Positions 49,174 through 61,290 of a stretch of 64,000 nucleotides of DNA are shown here, in pieces. The position numbers were made by a program, and so were the translations under genes. Under the pieces are notes generated by a model. That model did not search any database. It was not told the DNA's origin and saw only the letters and a program-made list of their open reading frames with translations. Each line of letters opens with the position of its first letter. The stretch's first letter is position 1. This DNA comes from Octopus sinensis (lineage: Eukaryota). The stretch lies in the NCBI RefSeq assembly GCF_006345805.1, contig NC_042997.1, forward strand, positions 195,672,001-195,736,000, read 5' to 3'.

Positions 49174-50059
49174 CACACACATATGTAATGTACAGATGTG
49201 TATGTATGGATGGATGAATGGATGGATGCAGGTATGCTGCTTCGATACCATCAATGCTTGTAGTGTTTCGCTTTGATGTATTTTCCATTGAAATATGACA
49301 ATTAGTTCCATGTCATTAAAATGTTTGTTTGTTTTTTTTTAGTTTTTTTTTTAGTTTTTTTTCTTTCTCTTCTCGTTTCTGTTTTAATTTGTTCTGCGTG
49401 TTTTATTTTATTCAATTAAACAGAACTACTGTATCCTCCCTTACACCACCACCACCTCCACCACCACCATGGCCGCCGCCGCTACCACGCTTTAATTTTG
49501 GTGATTACTAATTAACAAATATCACAATGAATTCGTTTCACTTCCATATGGAATGATTATGAAGGAAAACCTAATTAGACAGAAAGTCATATTAAAGAAA
49601 TAAACAAAGCAGAACAAAAAGAAATTATATTCTTATTATCAAAACTATATTTTTTATTTATTATGGAAGAAATAAAATATTAAAGCAACATTGTGTTATG
49701 TATTTTTGCAAAAAAAAAAAGTTTCATTATGTTTGCTGTGGAAAAAGGTATTTTAGAAACGATAGCTTCAACCTTGTGTACTCAGAATTTACGTTGACCC
49801 CCTTCTTCTTCTAAGCTTGTTGTGTATTATATTATGAACAATGAATAACATAGCTAAGAGGTGTTGTCGAAATACATGGCTTGGTTTTGGTACTCGCCGT
49901 ATTTGTCGTAAAGATGGTTAATGCTGCGTAGCCAACTTGGGCAAGTGTCATCTGCTACAGCTTCGACACTAGCAAATTCTTGCGAATGGATTGGTAGAAA
50001 GAACCGGGAAGAGACTCGTCAAATATATATATATATATATATATTATATAATATATATA

Positions 50060-50240
50060 TATTCTTATTCTTTTACATGTTCCAGTCATCATGACTGGGT
50101 CCATACTGGTGCACCGCCTTTTAGTTGAAGATATCGACCCCTAGACTTATTCTTTGTAAACCTGGTACTTATTCTATCAGTTTTTTTTTTGCCGAACCGC
50201 TAATTTACCTATAAGCGATGTTACTGTGCACAAACACAGA

Positions 50241-50310
<70 letters not shown>

Positions 50311-50477
50311 TATATTTCTTGAAAGATTATTGAAAAGTTTGCAAAACGCAACGAAAATTTTAGTAAAATATAAATAAGAAATAAGCGGAAATTTTACCGG
50401 TGTGTGTGTTAATTATAAAGCGCAAAAATAAAATGACTCTCCCTAGACACAACAGTGTAATATATTATATAATATAT

Positions 50478-50521
<44 letters not shown>

Positions 50522-50680
50522 ACGGGCTTCTTTTAGTTTCCATCTACCAAACCCACTCACAATACTTTTTGCCGGTTCGAGGTTATAGTAGACGACACTT
50601 TGCCAAGGTGCCACACAGTGGAACTGAAACACAGAAATGTGTGGTTGGGAAACAAGTTTCCTATCACACAACCAAGCCAT
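50060..50680 (-). mobile_element. SINE family C, interrupted
   Basis: 3' body at 50060-50250; head and CORE at 50520-50680. Confidence 0.75.
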
Positions 50681-50716
50681 ATACATACATACATATATAC
50701 ATATATATATACATAT

Positions 50717-50763
<47 letters not shown>

Positions 50764-50776
50764 GTATATATATATG

Positions 50777-50817
<41 letters not shown>

Positions 50818-50822
50818 ATATA

Positions 50823-51020
50823 TATAATATTAATTAGAGACAAAACCACTATTATGCCAAATCAAATAAAGAAAGACTTAATCCAATACATAAAAAAATT
50901 TATATATTAAATATAATTAAGATATCTTAATTATATTAATATATAAATTTTTATGTATTGGATTAAGTCTTTCTTTATTTGATTTGCATAATAGTGGTTT
51001 TGTCTCTAATTAATATTATA
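50823..51020. repeat. ~200-bp spacer-less AT-rich palindrome
   Basis: Centred on GATATC (50921-50926); arms match apart from small indels. Confidence 0.92.
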
Positions 51021-51442
51021 TTATATTTTACTATAAAATTGGATTCAATCCTAAATCTGATTTTTCCCTGTAAATTTGGATTTATTCCCTAATATTTATT
51101 ATTATTATATATATATATATATCTACTTTACAGATATAGGGTAAAGAATTATTAATTTAACACTTAATAAATTTTACCAAGTAGTTTCGGTATGGAAAAA
51201 CCATTTTCGGTAAAAACTTATACAAAAAGTTTTTTTTAGATAATTATAAATATAATTAAGACTTTAGCAACAAGTTGCTTTCCCACATACCGAAAATTTA
51301 GAAATAGCAGCCAAAGACAGCTAATTCTTTTAACTACAAATATGACTCCACAGAAAACAGATATTTATATACCCTCCCTCTACTTCGTGATCCACCATTC
51401 CCAGAATGAATGGTCAAGTACACTATTTGTCAAGTACACTAC

Positions 51443-53277
51443 AGGCGGCGAGCTGGTAGAAACGTTAGCACGCCAGGCAAAATGCGTAGCCGTATTTCGT
51501 CTGTCGTTACGTTCCAAGTTCAAATTCCGCCGAGGTCGACTTTACCTTTCATCCTTTCGGGGTCGATAAATTAAGTACCAGTTACACACTGGGGTCGATG
51601 TAATCGACTTATTTCCTTTGCCTGTCCTTGTTTGTCCCCTCTGTGTTTAGCCCCTTGTGGGTAGTAAAGAAATATATTTGGAAAAAAAAAACGGCGTGTT
51701 GGAGGATCTCAATTGAAAAATGATTCAGCTGCTGTTTCTGCCATGTCGAACGATCACGTGGTTTTCCAATTATTAGTAGGAGGTTAAAATATTAAGGGCA
51801 CATAGACATGCATTTTACCGTATTTATATCAATGGGGTGAGTCTCGGACTATATACCTTTGTGTATATTCTTCGATCTCTCCACGTTCGGAGAGAACGTT
51901 TCCTCTACAATCAGATCTGCTTTTTTCTGCTTTTTCAATCATAAAGATAGAAAAGGCAATTATTAATTGAATTAATTTAATCGATCAAATGTTCTTCATC
52001 TACAAATAAGTTATCGATTCTTATTTCAATAAAGCGGCGAGCTGGCAGAATCGTAAGCAAATGCTTTGCACATTTCGTCCGTCTTTAAGTTCTGAGTTCA
52101 ATTTCCGACGATTTTGCCTTTCATCTTTCCAGGGTCGATGAAATAAGTACGAGTCGAGGACTAGTGTCAACGTAATCGACGTGTCCTCTCACCAAAAATT
52201 TCAGTTCTTGTGCCTCTAGTAAAAAGAATATTTACTTCAGGCGACTAATGTAGTCGCTATAATAATAATAATAATAATAATAACAATAATAATTCTTTCT
52301 GTTATAGGAACAAGACCTGACACTTTGAGGGCAGGGAAAGTCGACTGCAATGACCCTAGTATATGGCTTGTACTTATTTTATCGATCTGGAATGAATGAA
52401 AGGCAATGATGATGTCGCTAGAATTTGAACTCAGAACGTAAAGACAGACAAAAGACAGTTAAGCATTTTGCCCGGTGAGCTAACGATCCAACCAGCTCGC
52501 CGCCTTTACTAATAATGATTTCAAATTCAAAGCGGCGAGCTGGCTGAAACGTTAGCACGCCGGGCGAAATGCTTATCAGTATTTCGTCTGCCGCTACGTT
52601 CTGAGTTCAAATTCCGCCAAGGTCGACTTTGCCTTTCATCCTTTCGGGGTCGATTAAATAAGTACCAGTTACGCACTGGAGTCGATATAATCGACTTAAT
52701 CCGTTTGTCTGTCCTTGTTTGTCCCCTCTGAGTTTAGTCCCTTGTGGGTAGAAAAAGAAATAGGTATTTCGTCTGCCGCTAAAGAAATAGGTATTTCGTC
52801 TGGGCAATAAAGAAATAAGAAACGTTAGCAAAGTCAGCAATTTCGAGGGAGTGGAGTGGATTAGTTAATTACATCAACCCCTAGTGTTCAGTTGGTACTT
52901 ACTCTATCGACTCCGAGAGAATATAGATAATAATGCTTTATACTATAGCTACACGGCCCGAAATTTTTGGGGTGAGGGCTAGTCGATTAGATCGACCCCA
53001 GTATTTCAATGGAACTTAATTTAGCGAACCCGGAAGAATGAAAGGCAAAGTCGATGTCGGCGGAATTTGAACTCAGAACGTAAAGACAGACGAAATGGCC
53101 CGAAGCGTCTTGCTCGGCTTGCTAACGATTCTGCCAGCTCGCCGCCTAAAGGACGATAGTGATACTGTTATTAGTAGAAACTTTTTGTACTCAAAATTGT
53201 ACGAATATAATTATAGAAAATGTCTTCGAAGCTAGTTACACATATACACGCGAAAACCTCATGCGCGCACACACACT

Positions 53278-53314
<37 letters not shown>

Positions 53315-54140
53315 CTACACATACACACACAAGTATATATAAAATGCTCACACATGTTTAAACGTACATTCTTGAGCGTGAAGACACACGCACATTTATA
53401 TTTGGCAGGATCGTTAGCACGCCGGGCGAAATGCTTAGCCGTATTTCGTCTGCCGCTACGTTGTGAGTTCAAATTCCGCCGAGGTCGACTTTGCCTTTCA
53501 TCCTTTCGGGGTCGATAAATTAAGTACCAGTTACGAACTGGGGTCGATGTAATCGACTTAATACCTATGTCTGTCCTTGTTTGTTCCCTTTGTGTTTATC
53601 TCCTTGTGGGTAATAAAAAAAAATACATATATATTTGAATATATCATTATTTAATACAAATTGACCAAACTTTCACGGGGCTTCTGGTTTATTCACACCT
53701 GCCCATGTTCTTTATTCAGACAATATTATTTGTCTTAATGAATATAAAATGCTCATCTTTAGCTATAGGTGTATTGCTATATTTAAAGAGCAATTAAATC
53801 CTAATTAATTCTAACGTATTCTTTGTGCATTTTCAATTTAATTTCGTTTAACCCCACCCCATTTGTTTAGATTAATACCAATTTATATAGTAATTTATAT
53901 ATTAATACTTGTTTCTTTATTACCGACAAGGGGCTAAACATAGAGGGGACAAACAAGGATAGACAAAGGTATTAAGTCGATTACATCGACCCCAGTGCGT
54001 AACTGGTGCTTAATTTATCGACCCCGAAAGGATGAAAGGCAAAGTCGATCTCGGCGGAATTTGAACTCACGACGTAACGGCAGACGAAATACTGCAAAGC
54101 ACTTCGCCCGGCGTGCTAACGTTTCTGCCAGTTCGCCGCC
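51443..54140. mobile_element. Dense cluster of SINE family A copies in both orientations
   Basis: Copies near 51443(+), 52030(+), 52290-52505(-), 52530(+), 52850-53145(-), 53405(+) and 53915-54140(-). Confidence 0.85.
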
Positions 54141-54164
54141 TTATTTATATATTAATACCAATTT

Positions 54165-54445
54165 GTGAAGGCTCGTGGCTCAGTGATAAGAGCGTCGAAC
54201 TTACGATCGTGACGTTGTGAGTTCGATTCCCAGACCGGGCTGTGTGTTGTGTTCTTTGACGTTGCTCCAGTTCGCTCAGCTGTTGAAATGGGCTGCGACG
54301 TCACAGGTGCCAAGCTGTATCGACCTTTGCCTTTCCCTTAGATAACATCGGTGGCGGGGAGAGGGGAAACTGGTATGCACGGGCGACTGCTGGTCTTCCA
54401 TAAACAACCTTGCCCAGATATGTGCCTCGGAGGGTAACTTTCTGT
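54165..54445 (+). mobile_element. Another tRNA-derived SINE
   Basis: A box GTGGCTCAGTGATAAGAGC, B box GAGTTCGATTCCC, then GTTGCTCCAGTTCGCTCAGCTG shared with the copy at about 35185-35325. Confidence 0.7.
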
Positions 54446-54626
54446 AAACAGCGGAAGTGAGCTGGAACGTCAAAACTTAGTGCGTATGCACTGAAGAGCT
54501 CATGTTTATTCTCAGCTGAGCGCCTCTACCCTGTGTGCTTTAGGTTCGTTACTATAGCAACATTCCGGATACTTATTGATCAGACTAGTATCTATATATA
54601 TTTACATAATCACATGCATATCTATA

Positions 54627-54724
<98 letters not shown>

Positions 54725-55409
54725 TATCTATATACATTCACACATGTATATGCATTTAAAATATATATAGGCTCATATATACATACATGTGTATGTCTGT
54801 GTGTGTTTGTATGTGTGTGTAAATATATCCTTTGGAACTTGCCATTATCATAACATCTGACAAAAATACTTCCATTAATAATTCGCAGACATTTGAAGAA
54901 ACTAATGCTGATTAACATACGTAGAGAAGGCCATAATCCCCGATAATCCTATACTTTTAAAATATTTATCTTCTTGCTCCGTATTAATGGGTCGAGTGTT
55001 TTTATTCTATTATATATTCATATGATTTATATGTACTTCATCTTGTTTGCTTTGAACAGATAACAGTCAAAGGTTCGTAACTCCAGATACGTAAGAGTTT
55101 ACTCAAATGATTCTTCCCAAGTAGAAGGATATCAGAACTTACCATTTCCATTGATCTTATTCCAATGGAAATCATCCTTGCTTTTTACAATGTTTACTTG
55201 AGAGAAAGCTTCCAGAGTTTGGTTTTCAGAAAGCGTTTTTCGATTTTCTTGTCAGTTATCAATGAAGCACGATTGTCTGGTGAAGGAATGTCTTTTAGGA
55301 TGATGATGACATCTTAAGTGTCATTAAAATAAGTCGAAGAAATTCTTTTTCGAATGTTGAGTTGAATGTAAATCAGCAAATACCTCAAAAATAAATCTTA
55401 ACGCAAATA

Positions 55410-55527
55410 CAGTAATCCCTCGAATATCGCGGGTGTTACGTTCCAAAACCCGCCCGCAATACGTGAAAATCTGCAAAGTAGAAACAGTACTTTTATAATC
55501 TATATCTATAAAGCTGAAGTTGTGTGT

Positions 55528-55586
<59 letters not shown>

Positions 55587-56388
55587 AGGTTTGGTAGCCT
55601 TCAACTAACACTATCTCCTCGGAGACCCTGCGGCGCAAGTTGACCAAAATTCAGTGTATGATAGAAGGCTTGCTCTTCATTCCGTAGAAGAAAAAAAAAT
55701 CAAATCGGACCATGTTAAGATTAAAAATTATTTACATCCAAAAGGTGCTTGTTTTCTATGAAAATCCCTATATTTTACGATTTTTTGACTGCAGCGTCGC
55801 CATTTTTCGGTGTATTTCAACCAGAAACATGTTCATTTAAAGAGAATAAGCTACATAATGCAAACGTTTTACTTTTCAAAAATTCCAATCCTAAAGAGTC
55901 GAAAAGAATTTTTTTGTGATGCCATTGGTTTTGAGCGAACGACGAATTTTCCTGTACTCTTTCTTAATGAATACTGTTGCCATGTTAACTTCTTAATAGA
56001 TTCTCAGTGCAGTTCGAAACTTGAGCTTCATTTTGATTTAAATCTACGGGTAATTTTTCCTCCATAATGTTAATAGAAGGAATATTAACCAACAATACCA
56101 ACAACTGAAGTCGGTATTGCACATTTGCAGCACATTCAGTGCACACTCGAGCATCGCCACACTATACTTTTATTCATAGATTGAATCTATGTCAAAACTT
56201 TTTTAACGCGACATCAAAGTCTGCCGTTTTAAGCGCAACTAAAAAACAAACCCGAGCAACGCCGGGCTATACTATTAGTTTGTATATATTTATTTTATTA
56301 TATATGCAAAACACCACCACGGAGGAACCGACGTAAACCGAAATAATATACCGCGATAGTTGAACCGCGATATGGCGAGGGATTACTA
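55410..56388. mobile_element. Tigger/pogo-like MITE split by a Helitron
   Basis: TA|CAGTAATCCCTCGAATATCGCGG ... CCGCGATATGGCGAGGGATTACTA|TA. Confidence 0.8.
55499..56278 (+). mobile_element. Non-autonomous Helitron nested in the MITE
   Basis: A|TCTATATCTATAAAG 5' end, CCCGAGCAACGCCGGG hairpin, TTAG|T 3' end. Confidence 0.8.
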
Positions 56389-56517
56389 TATACTCTTTGT
56401 TGTTTCTTAATAATTTTCATAAATAATATTTTAAATGATTTTCTGAAACTCAGGTAGAAGTCATTTACAAGTAAATTTATATACACCGGATGTTCAAAAT
56501 TGAATTGAAAACTTGAC

Positions 56518-56673
56518 AGTTTTTATCTTTTACTTGTTTCAATCATTAGCCTGCGGCCCTGCTGAGGCACTGCCTTGAGGAATTTTTAGTCAAATGAAGC
56601 GACTCCAGCTCATATTTTCTTTCTCTTTAAGCCCCTTTAATATATTCTAATAGTCTCTTTTGCCGAACCGCTA
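56518..56673 (-). mobile_element. SINE family C, 3' part only
   Basis: CTTTTACTTGTTTCA...GTCTCTTTTGCCGAACCGCTA, then an abrupt truncation. Confidence 0.7.
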
Positions 56674-56679
56674 CACTAA

Positions 56680-56841
56680 GATGCTATTCCAGGCCGACTA
56701 AATCAACTAAATCTATATTATAACCGCCCTGGATTATATTATGGACAATGCTCTGAAATTTGCGGAGCAAACCATTCATTTATGCCCATTACACTTGAAA
56801 TTGTAAATATAAATACTTTTACTAACTGACTATTAAATATA
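56680..56841 (+). pseudogene. COX2: NUMT: 3' end of mitochondrial cytochrome c oxidase subunit II
   Basis: [54 protein letters not shown], with the CuA motif [12 protein letters not shown] and TGA at the conserved Trp. Confidence 0.95.
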
Positions 56842-56844
56842 AGT

Positions 56845-57958
56845 GGCAAGGCAACAGGCAGTGACTACGGCGAGAACAGATAAAGTAGTCCTTCTACCCA
56901 CTTACCTTGGAAGAAAGACTTCCAAGATTAGGGCAGAAGGAATCCCACCAGATATAGATGTGGCTTAGGTTTGAAGCAGCGGTACTGCTCGGAAATAAGG
57001 AGAAGGTGGCCGTCATCCAGACCAAAGAAATAGAAAGAACAGAATGGAAAGGCAAGACGCTAGACCTAATAGTTCAAGCGGAAGTGTAAACACTGAAGTA
57101 CTTGTAGAAACGGTGTCGATCGGAGAGACGATTATAAGAGTGTGGGTGAAGGGGAGAGTCCCACGTAGTTTTAAATGTGGCCAGAAGGGCCACAGCAAGG
57201 CACACTGTACCTCACAGAAAACAACAGATAAAGAGGAAAAGGAACCAGAAAAAACATTGGAGGAAGCGTAGAGAAAGGAGGATGTATGCACAGTAGCTGG
57301 GAAAAAGAGAAAGAAACGACAGAACGAGATGGAACCCCAAACTGTCCACACCGCACCCACACCCGGTCAGTCCTACTCTCTACCCGCAGACACCAAACCC
57401 ACCCATTCCCCTCCTTTGCAAAACAAAAAGAAAAGACAAAGCCAACAGACATCACAAGATTTACAAAGAACCCCTCCCCGTGAGAATTATTCTGTTTGTT
57501 TGTTGACAGAGAAAGCAGAAGTGGATTTGCTTTGTGAAGTTAGGAGGTGGAAAACGGCGAAATTTGTGAACATGGAGGGATGCATAAACATTGTAGGCTT
57601 GCAATTGTGTGTACTGGTGACTCAAAGCCAAAAGGATGTGTTATCCAAATATAAAAAAGGAGTTAAATATTGGAGACTGTTCGCGGACTTAAAAAAAGTT
57701 ACCGGATAAATGCAAGGTATAAAGACTTAATACAGGAACATGGAGTCGATATATTAAGGGACACACCTTGTAAATGGTAAAAGGAAGAAATGTGGCCGCT
57801 TGGTGGGGTAAGTAGTCCCATTTTTATATTCATTTCATTGTTATCATGCATGTGCATCATACGTTTCTAATTTTAATTTTTATATTTATTTATTTGTCTG
57901 TATTATTTTTGTATGGCCCCACATATGTTGTACTAATATCTGTGTATACCCTTTAATT
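56845..57958 (+). mobile_element. 5'-truncated ORF1-only zinc-knuckle retroelement, distant relative of 23318-25367
   Basis: VVLLPTYLGRKTSKIRAEGIPP, then RVWVKGRVPR-SFKCGQKGHSKAHC (57167-57208), a low-complexity linker, a C-terminal segment and an AT-rich 3' UTR. Confidence 0.7.
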
Positions 57959-57960
57959 AG

Positions 57961-58682
57961 AGGTAGTTTGTCTGCCGCTACGTTCTGAGTTCAAATTCCG
58001 CCGAGGTCGACTTTGCCTTTCATCCTTTCGGAGTCGATTAAATAAGTACCAGTTACGCACTGGGGTAGATATAATCGACTTAATCCGTTTGTCTGTCCTT
58101 GATTCTCCCCTCTATGTGTAGCCCCTTGAGGGCAGTAAAGAAATAGGTAGTTGTCTGCGCCCTACGTTCTGAGTTCAAATTCAGCCGAGGTCGACTTTAC
58201 CTTTCATTCCTTTCGGAGTCGATTAAATAAGTACCAGTTACGCACTGGGGTAGATATAATCGACTTAATCCGTTTGTCTGTCCTTGATTCTCCCCTCTAT
58301 GTGTAGCCCCTTGAGGGCAGTAAAGAAATAGGTAGTTCGTCTGCCGCTACGTTCTGAGTTCAAATTCAGCCGAGGTCGACTTTGCCTTTCATCCTTTCGG
58401 GGTCGATTAAATAAGTACCAGTTACGCTCTGAGGTCGATATAATCGACTTAATCCGTTTGTCTGTCCTTGATTCTCCCCTCTATGTGTAGCCCCTTGAGG
58501 GCAGTAAAGAAATAGGTAGTTCGTCTGTCTTTATGTTCTGAGTTCAAATTCCGCCGAGGTCGACTTTGCTTTTCATCCTCTCGGAGTCGATGAATTAAGT
58601 ACCAATTGCGTATTGGTGTCGCTGTAATCGACTGGCTCCTTCTCCAAAATTTCGGGCCTCATACCTAGAGTAGAAAAGAATA
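57961..58682 (+). mobile_element. Head-less SINE family A tetramer, period 184-185 bp
   Basis: AGGTAG(T)T(C)GTCTG starts at 57961, 58145, 58330 and 58514. Confidence 0.92.
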
Positions 58683-59200
58683 CTTTCTATCGCTATTCAG
58701 CACAATAACGACCACACACTCACACACACGCACAAAGAAATGGAAGCACCAAGTACATGTATAAATAGTTCCGTTGGAAAGGGCTTAAGTAGCTTCTTCA
58801 TTCATTTCTTATAATTGATCCCAAGCATTTGTGAGATCAGGAAGAAGTTTGGCAAAACTTTATTACTTTCATTTTTGTGTCCGTTGGATTACTTTGAATG
58901 TGCAACGAAGTACTTTCACACACACAAAAAAAAATCTACTCCAGTACAAATATAGGAGTTGTATACGAGTGTCTAGCCAGTTAAAAGTAGAATATCATTG
59001 AAAGCAACTGTATTCACTGACTCAGTTCGTATCACTTCTCTGCTATCTTCTCACACCCACATTACGTACATTTCTAATGAAGTATATGTTTCTTTAGCTT
59101 TGTGCACTGTCAGGAAATCTGAATGCAAAACGGAACGAAGAAAAAAATATACGACTTGTTTTAGCTCATGGAGGACATATTATCACAAAGACACAGAAAG

Positions 59201-59252
<52 letters not shown>

Positions 59253-60127
59253 CCCTCTAATAAACAAACATATTCAGGTGCATTATATGGAACAGAATAA
59301 TTAGTTATTGTGTTTTTATTTATTTTTACAAGACTAAAAGACTCCTGTTGAAGTTAAACTTCAATTATAAGCTCTCTAACGTATTCTTATCTTTGATAGC
59401 TGGCAATCATTGCTAGTACCGTTGGAAAAAAATAAAAAATAAAAGCGAAACTAGATTACTCTAATTTCAGAAACTAATTTTTATTAGAAATAAAGGCGAG
59501 AGCAGACCCTCTGTCGCGACTGTTTCACGATTCATTGACGTAGTATGTAGCTAAAGATCTTGTCTGTCGAAATTAGCTTTTCCTTTCTCTTTGGAAATTA
59601 AATCACAAAGTTACTCGAAGAACAATTTCAAATAGCGAACAGGTTGCCGAAAAAATATATATCTAAAAAAGGAAAAGAACACACCAAAAAAAAAACACCA
59701 AAAACAAATATAAGCATGAATCTACATGAGCTAAAAAAAATAGCATCTATGTTCAACCAAAATTTTATATTTTTCTGTTTTTTTTGCATAAATTTAACAG
59801 AATTCAAAAAGTAGAAATTTTCAAGTTATATTCGCGTTAGTTTAAAAGTGAATTAAAAATATTATAATCTACACCATGTACCCAAAATAAATGATATTTA
59901 TTCGTTGCATTTCAACAAACTGAAGTCGGTTACTACAAGGTGAAGATGCGTAAATGGCAGCTGATACGTTAAATACTCCTGGAAAGGTTTACAGTTTAAT
60001 GGAAAGTCAAAGTTGTTAGAATAATGTAATAAAATATTTCCATCGATTTCAGAGTGCTCTTCATGAATCGGGCGACAGTATTCCCTGAATCCTTGTTTCA
60101 ATCATTGAAGTGTGGCGATCCTTTGTG

Positions 60128-60494
60128 GGTACTACTAGCGAACAGTGGTCCCGGTGCGCGCACTCGCGCACTCGAGCATCCGCGCTAGCTAGTCGTAAGT
60201 AGTCGATCCTACAACGACTTTTTAACCCTAACCCTAAACCTAACCCTAACACTAACCCTAACACTAACCCTAACCTTAGTTTGTTTATAAAAATAATTTA
60301 TTTACTTAGTTTAAAAAATTATTTACTTTGCGTTTTATTTACTTTGTTCGAAAAATATTATTTAATTTTCTTTGATATGTACTCAGCCTTGATATATAAA
60401 CATACGCGCAAGTCGTTGTAGGATCAACTACTTACGACTAGCTAGCAAGAATGCGCGAGTGCGCGCACCGGGACCACTGTTCGCTAGTAGTACC
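60128..60494. mobile_element. MITE with ~90-bp TIRs, 9-bp TSD and internal (CCCTAA)n; Mutator-like
   Basis: TCCTTTGTG at 60119-60127 and 60495-60503; TIR GGTACTACTAGCGAACAGTGGTCCCGGTGCGCGCACTCGCGCA. Confidence 0.88.
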
Positions 60495-60529
60495 TCCTTT
60501 GTGACCGTCTTGAAGAGTTTAGTCGAAAA

Positions 60530-60840
60530 AAATTGACCCTAGTACATTTTGATTTGAAGTTTGTTATTTATTCTAGCACGCTCTTTTGCTTTATGGGGAC
60601 GTAAAGAAACGCACGGCGACTGTCAAGAAACGTGGGGAAAAACACATAGACATACACACACACATACACACGACTCCCCCGCACAGGAACTGTGTAGAAG
60701 ACCGGTGTTTATGTGTGTGTGTATACATACACAATGCTTTGGTCGGCCCGAGCTATAGAAGACGCGTAACCACGGTGCCGCAGAGTGGGACTAAACTCGA
60801 TACCACTTGGCTATGAAACGAACTTCTTAGTTAAAGCACT
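60530..60840 (-). mobile_element. SINE family C, degenerate
   Basis: GGTCGGCCCGAGCTATAG, GGTGCCGCAGAGTGGGACTAAAC and a partial 3' body. Confidence 0.65.
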
Positions 60841-60877
60841 GTATCTATATGTTTAGAGTAAGGGGATTTTATATATT

Positions 60878-61290
60878 TCTTTATTGCCCACATGGGGCTA
60901 AACATAGAGGGGACAAACAAGGACAGACAAAGGGATTAAGTCGATTACATCGACCCCAGTGCGAAACTGCTAGTTTATCTATCGATCCCAAAAGGATGAA
61001 AGGCAAAGTCGACCTCGGCGGAATTTGAACTCAGAACGTAACAGCAGACGAAATACGTATTTCTTTACTACCCACAAGGGGCTAAACACAGAGGGGACAA
61101 ACAAGTACAGACAAAGGGATTAGGTCGATTACATCGACCCCAGTGCGAAACTGGTACTTTGTTTATCGACCCCAAAAAGAAAAAAGGCAAAGTCGACCTC
61201 GGCGGAATTTCAACTCAGAACGTAACGGCAGACGAAATACTGCTTCACATTTCGCCCGGCGTGCTAACGTTTCTGCCAGCTCGCCGCCTT
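60878..61290 (-). mobile_element. SINE family A dimer with head
   Basis: Two cores; head CCAGCTCGCCGCC at about 61277-61289. Confidence 0.88.

Noticed and set aside
56680-56841. Functional nuclear COX2 or contamination by a mitochondrial contig
   Set aside because: It is only a 162-bp fragment, contains TGA (a stop in the nuclear code) and is joined on both sides to nuclear repeats.
57961-58682. CRISPR-like appearance of regularly spaced repeats (also 17959-18342 and 29339-29603)
   Set aside because: Whole units repeat with no unique spacers, there are no cas genes, and the context is eukaryotic SINE or minisatellite.
60223-60275. Chromosome end or healed break
   Set aside because: The tract is short, degenerate and enclosed by TIRs and a TSD.
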